Source of the DNA: Actinomycetota bacterium
GTDB taxonomy: Bacteria; Actinomycetota; Thermoleophilia; Gaiellales; Gaiellaceae
Direction of reading: 5' to 3'
NCBI GenBank assembly: GCA_005883965.1
Contig: VAWL01000069.1
Location: forward strand, 1 to 49,297
DNA: 49,297 nt
Shown here piece after piece: positions 43,663-49,297 of the stretch; positions within the stretch are counted from its first letter, which is position 1; the number at the start of each line of letters is the position of its first letter. Made by a program: the position numbers and the translations under genes. Below the pieces are notes generated by a model, which did no database searches, was not told the DNA's origin, and saw nothing but the letters and a program-made list of their open reading frames with translations.

Positions 43663-44587
43663 CGCTCGGGGGAAGTGGACTGAGATCGCGTCCGCTCTCG
43701 AAGGGCGGGCCCGGATCGACAACTTGAAGCCCGCGCCCGTGTCGCGCCAGCTCGAAGAAGTCGCGGTCGTCGTACTGCCTGCCGTACACCGGCTCGCGCG
43801 CCCTCGAGACCGTCCGGCTCGCTCGGGCAATGACGTCCACCTGGGGCTGCCCGTAGAGGGGGACCAACCGCAGGCGCGCCGCGCGGCCGAGCTGAGCGGC
43901 GACGAGATCGGGATCGCCGAGGAAGACGCCGCGGGCCCAGCCGGAATGCCGCTCGGCAAGCTCGGCGGTCAGGTCGGCATAGTCGCGGTCGGCCACGTCG
44001 CCGTCACTGGAGTCGAGCCATGCCAGCAATGGCTCGACGAAGAGCCCTTCGAACCGATCCGCATCCAACGCATCCCTGCCCAGGCTCGCCTCGAGCGCGA
44101 CGGCCGGTTCCGCTCCGAAGAGCGCCGGGAAGAGGTAGGGCGCGATGACGACCCCGTGGCGACCCTGTGGCGAGGCGTCGACCACGAGAGCCCGGCGCGG
44201 AAGCGGCTCGCCGAGTCGAGAGAAGGCCGCTGCGTAGAGCTCGCGTGTGAACGTCGAGCGGACGAGCCCCTCCACGCCGAGCTCGTCGAGCACGGGCCAG
44301 AGCACGCTCTGAGGGTCTCCGAGCGCCGAGATCTCGTGGTTCGAGGCGAGCCAGCGGACCTCGTCCGCGTGTCGCCCCCCGGCGAACAGGCTTCCATTGG
44401 GCCAGCCTGCCGGCGCCTCCGCAGGATCGCCGCCGCCGAAGTGCCTCCCTCGGCGGAGCGCGTCGTAATAGCACTCGAACCTCCAGCCCGAGCGCTCCGC
44501 CGCGGCAGCCAGCGCCGGACCGACGGCGAAGCGCGCCGGGTCGGACGCCGAAGCCAGGAAGAGCAAGAGCCTCGGCCGGTTCCTCAC
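43655..44587 (-). CDS. hypothetical protein (polysaccharide-locus ORF A)
   Basis: The GTG at 44587 overlaps the stop of the upstream GT4-MT gene (GTGA). Sequence VRNRPRLLLFLASASDPARFAVGP.... No family recognised. Confidence 0.55.
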   Translation of the reverse strand: MRNRPRLLLFLASASDPARFAVGPALAAAAERSGWRFECYYDALRRGRHFGGGDPAEAPAGWPNGSLFAGGRHADEVRWLASNHEISALGDPQSVLWPVLDELGVEGLVRSTFTRELYAAAFSRLGEPLPRRALVVDASPQGRHGVVIAPYLFPALFGAEPAVALEASLGRDALDADRFEGLFVEPLLAWLDSSDGDVADRDYADLTAELAERHSGWARGVFLGDPDLVAAQLGRAARLRLVPLYGQPQVDVIARASRTVSRAREPVYGRQYDDRDFFELARHGRGLQVVDPGPPFESGRDLSPLPPSGA

Positions 44588-46389
44588 AGCCGCCTCGTCC
44601 ACCAGAGATGCCACTTGGCAGACCAGGGCGGGCCGAAACGGTCGCGGCGGTCGAGCTGCAGGCCCGCCTCCTCGAGCGCGCGGCGGACGTCTGCGGCGCG
44701 ATGGTGGCGGACGAGCGTGCGCCACTCCGGCAGCACGCCGCTGCCGAGCAGCGTCCGCGCAAGTCGCTTCGGCCGCCAGTTGACGTAGCTCGGGTACGCA
44801 AGCACCCAGAGCGGCACCGCGTTGGTCGTGTCGAATACGACTCGTCCCCCGACGCGCGCGACGCGGGTCAGCTCCCGCAACGCCTGAGCCGTGTCCGGCA
44901 GGTGGGCAAGCAAGTCGAGTCCGAGGACGAGATCGAACGACGCGTCCGGGAACGGGAGCTCGCGGGCGTCGGCTTGCACCAGCTGGACCTCCGGCGGACA
45001 CCGCTCTCGTGCCTCCGCCAGCATCTCCTCCGAGATGTCCACGAGGGTGACCTCGTGCCGCTCCGCGAGCGGCGCGGCGACGCGGCCGTAGCCTCCCCCG
45101 ACGTCGAGCACGCGAAGCCGCGGCTCGCGTTCCAGCCCGGCGAGCACCGAGCGCCGCTTGGCCTCGTAGAGCTCGTGGAAGGGGTCCGCGGAGTCGTCGG
45201 CGCGAAAGTAACTGCGGTAGCCGCGCTGGTAGAGGCGCGAGTCGAAACGGTTTTCCGCCGCGCGCTCGTAGAGATCGATGATGAGGTCGATGACGGTGTC
45301 AACGTCGTACCGGCGCGCCTCTTCGCGGGCGGCCTCTGCGACAGGGCGGTTTCCTTCGCCGGCCGCGAACCGCGCGAGCAAGGCCTCGCCGAGCGCGTCT
45401 GCGTCGCCCGGCGGCACGAGCCAGCCGGTGCGGCTGTCCTCGACGAGCTCGGCGAGACCGCCCGTCCGGCTCGCCACGACCGGCACGCCGAGCGCCATCG
45501 CCTCCAACGCCACGTAGCCGAAGCTCTCCCACACAGAGGGAAAGACCGCGATCTCGGCCCGGGCGACAACCGCGAGCGCCTGCTCGCGCGGGAGCTCGCC
45601 AACGAAGCGGATGCGGTCGGCGACCGGCTCCACGGAGCGGCGCAGGCGCTCCGTCAACGCTCCTCCCTCGACCCCGGGGTCGGGCCCGATCAGGAGCGCC
45701 TCCACACCAGGGTTTGCGCCGAGGACGCGCGGCAACGCCTCGGCGAGCTCCTCGACGCCCTTGCGTGGCTCGATCCGTCCGAGGAAGACGAGGAAGCGCG
45801 CGGGCAGCGGAAACGGCGGCTCGCCGCGGCCCGCCTGCTCGATCTCGGCGATCGAGACCGGGTTGGGGATCTGCGTCATCCGGGATGGGTCGAGGCCCCA
45901 GTCGCCGCCGACGCGTTCCAGGATTGCCTTCGTGGGCGCGTAGACAGCGGCGCTGCGGCGCGTCTGGTCACGCTCGAGCCCGCGCACGAGACGCGCTCGC
46001 ACGTCGGAAGGAGGCCGGTTGAGCTCCTCGAGCAGATAGGTCGGCGTGGCGAGCCGCGTGACGAGGGGCACGTGCCCGAAGCGCGCGACCCACCAGCCCT
46101 CGGCCTCCCACTCGGGGGCCTGAACGACGTCCGGGCCGAACCTCCGCGCCGCTGCGGAGATTGTCCGGAGGTCAAGGAGATGCGCCGCGGGGCGGTTCGG
46201 CACCCAGCGGTGATCGAGGCGCTCGATGCGCACCCCGTCCCGTTCCTCGACTCCGGGCGCGCCGCGGGTGAGCACGCAGACGTCGTGCCCGCGGCGCGCG
46301 AGCGCGGGAGCCACCGTTTCCGAGTGCGTGCCGATCCCACCGCTCCGGTCGGATGGCGGGTACTCGGGTGTGATCACGACGATCCGCAT
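44584..46389 (-). CDS. bifunctional glycosyltransferase family 4 / class I SAM-dependent methyltransferase fusion
   Basis: 601 aa. The GT4 part is MRIVVITPEYPPSDRSGGIGTH...ESFGYVALEAMALGVPVVASRTGGLAELV. The C-terminal methyltransferase is RVLDVGGGYGRVAAPLAERHEVTLVDISEEML...DLVLGLDLLAHLPD. Confidence 0.85.
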   Translation of the reverse strand: MRIVVITPEYPPSDRSGGIGTHSETVAPALARRGHDVCVLTRGAPGVEERDGVRIERLDHRWVPNRPAAHLLDLRTISAAARRFGPDVVQAPEWEAEGWWVARFGHVPLVTRLATPTYLLEELNRPPSDVRARLVRGLERDQTRRSAAVYAPTKAILERVGGDWGLDPSRMTQIPNPVSIAEIEQAGRGEPPFPLPARFLVFLGRIEPRKGVEELAEALPRVLGANPGVEALLIGPDPGVEGGALTERLRRSVEPVADRIRFVGELPREQALAVVARAEIAVFPSVWESFGYVALEAMALGVPVVASRTGGLAELVEDSRTGWLVPPGDADALGEALLARFAAGEGNRPVAEAAREEARRYDVDTVIDLIIDLYERAAENRFDSRLYQRGYRSYFRADDSADPFHELYEAKRRSVLAGLEREPRLRVLDVGGGYGRVAAPLAERHEVTLVDISEEMLAEARERCPPEVQLVQADARELPFPDASFDLVLGLDLLAHLPDTAQALRELTRVARVGGRVVFDTTNAVPLWVLAYPSYVNWRPKRLARTLLGSGVLPEWRTLVRHHRAADVRRALEEAGLQLDRRDRFGPPWSAKWHLWWTRRL

Positions 46390-47477
46390 CAGCTCGCCAT
46401 CCGCTCATAGAGCTCGACGAGCGGCTGCGTCGCGACCTGGGGTGTGTAAAGACGCTCGAAGGCGGCACGGGCGGCGGCGCCGCTTCGGCGCCGCAGGTCG
46501 GGGTCGTTGAGAAGCTCGGCCGTTGCCGCCGCGAGCTGCTCGTCGCCGGTCTCGACGGTGATCCCCTCTGATATTCCCTCGGCGCCCGCAGGGGTCGTCA
46601 CCACCGGCACACCGCTGGCCATCGCCTCGAGCACCTTGACCTTCATCCCTGACCCCCGCTCGAGCGGAAAGGTGAGAACCGAGAGCCGACGCAGAAAGTC
46701 GCGCCCTGACTCGACCGGCCCGGAGAGGCCGAGCGCCTCGGTTCCATGTCCCGCGACGACGAGCCTTGCCTTTGGGACACGCTCCTGAACGCGCGGCCAC
46801 ACGCGGTGGACCAGGCGCCCGATCGCCTGGGCGGTCGGCGGCCAGGACGCGGTGCCGATCAAGCCGGCCGTGGGCGGGCCGTCGAGCGTTGCGGGCGGAT
46901 ACAGCGACGGGTCGAGCGAGAGCGGCGCATGAACGACCTCGGCCTGTGGGGCCGCCGCCCGCAGCTCCTGAGCGATGACGGGAGAGCTTGCGACCAGGTA
47001 GCGGTGCCGGCGGATCGCCGCCCGCTCGCCGAGCCGGAACTCGACTACGTCGCGAAACTGCTTCTGCCAGGGCCAACCGAGCGGTCGGTCGTGGCGCACC
47101 AGGTAATGGATGTGGACGAGGGAGCGCTTCGAGATGCCCTCGTCACACCAGGCGGTCTCGGTCTCCTCGAGGTGGACGAGGTCGGCGTCGCGCGCCGCCT
47201 CGCGCACACGCGCTGAGAACGGCCCCCGGAGCTCGCCGCGCGGGCGCCGGAGGCGGTCGAGCTGCCGCCGCACGCCGAGCGCGGGCGGTTCCACGTCGAC
47301 GATCTCGACAGGAAGGTCGGAGGGCGGCTCGCCGGCAGCAGCGAAGTGCTGGCGCGCGGCCAGCGCCTGCACATCGACCCCGTGCGCGAGAAGCCCTCTT
47401 AGCAGGCCAATCGCGACGCGGCCCGGAGCGCCTCCCTCCGGCAGCGGGGGTTGTGTGAGGACGACGAGCACGCGCAT
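46389..47477 (-). CDS. glycosyltransferase family 4
   Basis: MRVLVVLTQPPLPEGGAPGRV... and C-terminal GSGMKVKVLEAMASGVPVVTTPAGAEGI. The stop overlaps the downstream ATG (TGATG). Confidence 0.85.
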   Translation of the reverse strand: MRVLVVLTQPPLPEGGAPGRVAIGLLRGLLAHGVDVQALAARQHFAAAGEPPSDLPVEIVDVEPPALGVRRQLDRLRRPRGELRGPFSARVREAARDADLVHLEETETAWCDEGISKRSLVHIHYLVRHDRPLGWPWQKQFRDVVEFRLGERAAIRRHRYLVASSPVIAQELRAAAPQAEVVHAPLSLDPSLYPPATLDGPPTAGLIGTASWPPTAQAIGRLVHRVWPRVQERVPKARLVVAGHGTEALGLSGPVESGRDFLRRLSVLTFPLERGSGMKVKVLEAMASGVPVVTTPAGAEGISEGITVETGDEQLAAATAELLNDPDLRRRSGAAARAAFERLYTPQVATQPLVELYERMAS

Positions 47478-47500
47478 CTGTGCGTGAGACAGTACGAAGG

Positions 47501-48199
47501 ATGGCGGTCACGGGTGTCCTCAGGTGGCTTGGCTTGCCCGGAGCATCGGAGGCGCTTCCGGAGCGCGTCGTGGTCGTCTCGCCCCACATCGACGACGCGG
47601 TGCTCTCACTGGGCGGGGCAATCTCGCGGGCCGCCCGGCGCCAGACGAGAGTCACGGTTCTGACGGTGCTCGCGGGCGATCCTGACTCGTCGAGGGCGGC
47701 CGGCGATTGGGACCGGCGCTCCGGTTTCGAGACCGAGGGCGAGGCCGCTCGCACGCGGCGCGAGGAGGATCGGCGTGCGTGCGCACGCGTCGGCGCCGAG
47801 CCCGAGTGGTTGCCCTTCTCCGACAGCGAGTACGGCCTGCCCGACGGCGACGACGTGATGGCCGCGCTCGAGGATCGCTTCCGCGGTGCGGCGCTCCTGC
47901 TGCCCGGCTTTCCGCTCCAGCATCCGGACCACATGTGGCTGAACATCATCTTGACGAGCCGCGATCTCGGGGCAGCACGCGTGGGCCGGTACGTCGAGCA
48001 GCCCTACGCGATGTGGGCCGGCCGTCCCCCGCCGGCGACCTGGCGGCGCGTGCGTGCGGCTCTCCGAGACCGGCTGGCGAAGGATCGAGCCTGTCGCGAG
48101 TACGCGACACAGCTGCCGCTCCTCGGCGAGAAGGTGCTCACCGGAATCGCCCGCTACGAGGCAAGACTGGGCGGAGAGGCCGTTTCCTGGCTTGGTTGA
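47501..48199 (+). CDS. PIG-L / LmbE family N-acetylglucosaminyl deacetylase
   Basis: VVVSPHIDDAVLSLGG (PHxDD zinc motif), HPDHMW. The ATG at 47501 is preferred because the GTG at 47480 would abut the divergent GT4 start at 47477. Confidence 0.8.
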   Translation: MAVTGVLRWLGLPGASEALPERVVVVSPHIDDAVLSLGGAISRAARRQTRVTVLTVLAGDPDSSRAAGDWDRRSGFETEGEAARTRREEDRRACARVGAEPEWLPFSDSEYGLPDGDDVMAALEDRFRGAALLLPGFPLQHPDHMWLNIILTSRDLGAARVGRYVEQPYAMWAGRPPPATWRRVRAALRDRLAKDRACREYATQLPLLGEKVLTGIARYEARLGGEAVSWLG

Positions 48200-48222
48200 C
48201 CGGCCGTGTGCATACTCGATGT

Positions 48223-49059
48223 ATGGAGACGCCCAAGCTGTCGGTCGTGGTGTGCTCGATCGGTGCGCCCTCGCTGAGGGCGGCGGTCTCGTCGATTTCA
48301 GCCTCCCTTGCGCGCGCAGAAGTGCCTGCGGAGATCCTTGTCGTCTGGCAAGGGGTCGGCGCAGCGCCTGATTTCGATGGACGCGTCGATCTCGTCGTCT
48401 CGGATCCGGCCGGGCTCTCGCGTGCGCGAAATCGCGGCCTGGAGCACGCGCGCGGCGAGATCGTGGCCTTCGTCGACGAGGACGAGGAGGTTGACCCGGA
48501 TTGGGCCGCAGGCGTCGTCGAGGCCTTCGCGCGGCAGCCTGCGCCCGACGCCGTCTTCGGTCCCGTCGCACCCCTGGATGACCGCGGCCTCCCGTACTGC
48601 CGTTACGAGGGCGGCGAGCACCGCGTCTTCGAAGGCTCCTCGACGCCGCCGTGGGTGGTGGGCACCGGAGGCAACATGGCGTTTCGGCGGGAGGTTCTTG
48701 CGGGTGCGCACGGGTTCGACATCCGCTTCGGGCTCGGCGGTCCCCGGAAGTCGGCGGAGGAGTCCGACGTGATCATCCGGTTTCTCCGGAAGGGGCGCCG
48801 GATCGCCTGGTCACCGGAGATGCCGGTCTACCACCCGACGAAGAACGAGGCCGAGCACCTCGAGTCGCGAACGCCATACGGCTTCGGAATGGGGAGTGTC
48901 TTGCGTCGCCACCGGGCGCTGAGCCACGTGCTGCGTTACTTGGTCGCGATCACAGAGTCGTTTTGGGAGGGCGTGCGAGGCCGCGACCGAGCTCGCCGGC
49001 GTGAGGCCCTGGCGACGTTGCGGAGCTTCCTCGCTGGCTTGCTGACACCGCTCCGCTGA
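48223..49059 (+). CDS. glycosyltransferase family 2
   Basis: ATG at 48223. LSVVVCSIGAPSLRAAVSSI, and the DxD-like FVDEDEEVDPDW. Confidence 0.8.
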   Translation: METPKLSVVVCSIGAPSLRAAVSSISASLARAEVPAEILVVWQGVGAAPDFDGRVDLVVSDPAGLSRARNRGLEHARGEIVAFVDEDEEVDPDWAAGVVEAFARQPAPDAVFGPVAPLDDRGLPYCRYEGGEHRVFEGSSTPPWVVGTGGNMAFRREVLAGAHGFDIRFGLGGPRKSAEESDVIIRFLRKGRRIAWSPEMPVYHPTKNEAEHLESRTPYGFGMGSVLRRHRALSHVLRYLVAITESFWEGVRGRDRARRREALATLRSFLAGLLTPLR

Positions 49060-49297
49060 TGAATGCCCCGCAGCATCGTGCGGACGCGGTGTTCACGCTT
49101 CCGCGGCTGCCTCGAACGGCGGCACTTCTCGGCGAACTGCCCCGGTGGGCGGAAGACCTCGCCGAGCGGCAAATCGAGGTCGTCGACGGAGCGGCCGACG
49201 TCGTTGTGGCGGACCCGTCGAACGCCGCGCAGGCTAGAGAGAGGGCTGAAGCGTTGATCGTCGACGGCGAGGCCGCCCGCGGGTCGCTGCGCTTGCT
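49059..49297 (+). CDS. hypothetical protein, N-terminal fragment (continues beyond window)
   Basis: The ATG at 49059 overlaps the GT2 stop (TGATG). The frame is open to the window end with high third-position GC: MNAPQHRADAVFTLPRLPRTAALLGELPRWAEDLAERQIEVVDG.... It is not in the track because no stop is reached. Confidence 0.45.
   Translation, partial: MNAPQHRADAVFTLPRLPRTAALLGELPRWAEDLAERQIEVVDGAADVVVADPSNAAQARERAEALIVDGEAARGSLRL

Noticed and set aside
49063-49257. 64-aa track ORF after the last GT2 gene
   Set aside because: Arg/Ser-rich translation. The overlapping frame starting at ATG 49059 has better codon bias, is stop-free to the window end, and is coupled (TGATG) to the upstream gene, so it was preferred.

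Overview
This is a very GC-rich window (about 70% by eye, not computed), densely coding, with the look of an Actinomycetota chromosome. The high-GC Thermoleophilia/Rubrobacteria-like assignment is inference only. The first ~32 kb is a housekeeping backbone. Its order, tilS-hpt-ftsH ... folP-folB ... folK ... coaX ... lysS, parallels the mycobacterial Rv3625c-Rv3598c region. It is interrupted by non-syntenic genes: a broken methyltransferase, a pair of ABC exporter genes, an S8 protease, an orphan solute-binding protein, dus and greA. No folE, panC or panD is recognisable. Upstream of that are two acyl-CoA dehydrogenases, a PEP-mutase/isocitrate-lyase family gene, VanW-domain and YkuD (L,D-transpeptidase) cell-wall genes, a sirtuin, deoD, and a lone RAYT/IS200-like HUH transposase preceded by an 8 x 12-bp tandem array. 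From ~32.6 kb to the window end lies a surface-polysaccharide locus of at least 16.7 kb. It holds three intact stand-alone GT4 genes, one broken GT4 gene and a GT4-methyltransferase fusion. It also holds two GT2 genes, a Wzy/O-antigen-ligase-like polymerase, a Wzz/BY-kinase and an LMW-PTP. The remaining members are a PIG-L deacetylase, a deacetylase-like protein, a secreted GHL15/GH114-like hydrolase with an 18-proline run, and two coupled unknown ORFs. I found no rRNA, tRNA, CRISPR array, prophage or recognisable defence system. The main things worth a second look:
- A GTGACGAnGnTGTGACG direct-repeat motif shared by the two cell-wall gene upstream regions, with the same hexamer phased in the tandem array.
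- Apparent non-canonical start codons (ATT, CTG) that overlap upstream stop codons.
- A 47-codon micro-ORF that exactly bridges tilS and hpt.
- A terminator-like hairpin in the greA leader.
- Five convergent gene pairs that share a CTAG double stop.
- Signs of decay in the polysaccharide locus: a kinase without Walker B and a frameshifted GT4.

All protein calls come from motif recognition by eye in the supplied translations. Nothing was searched against a database.
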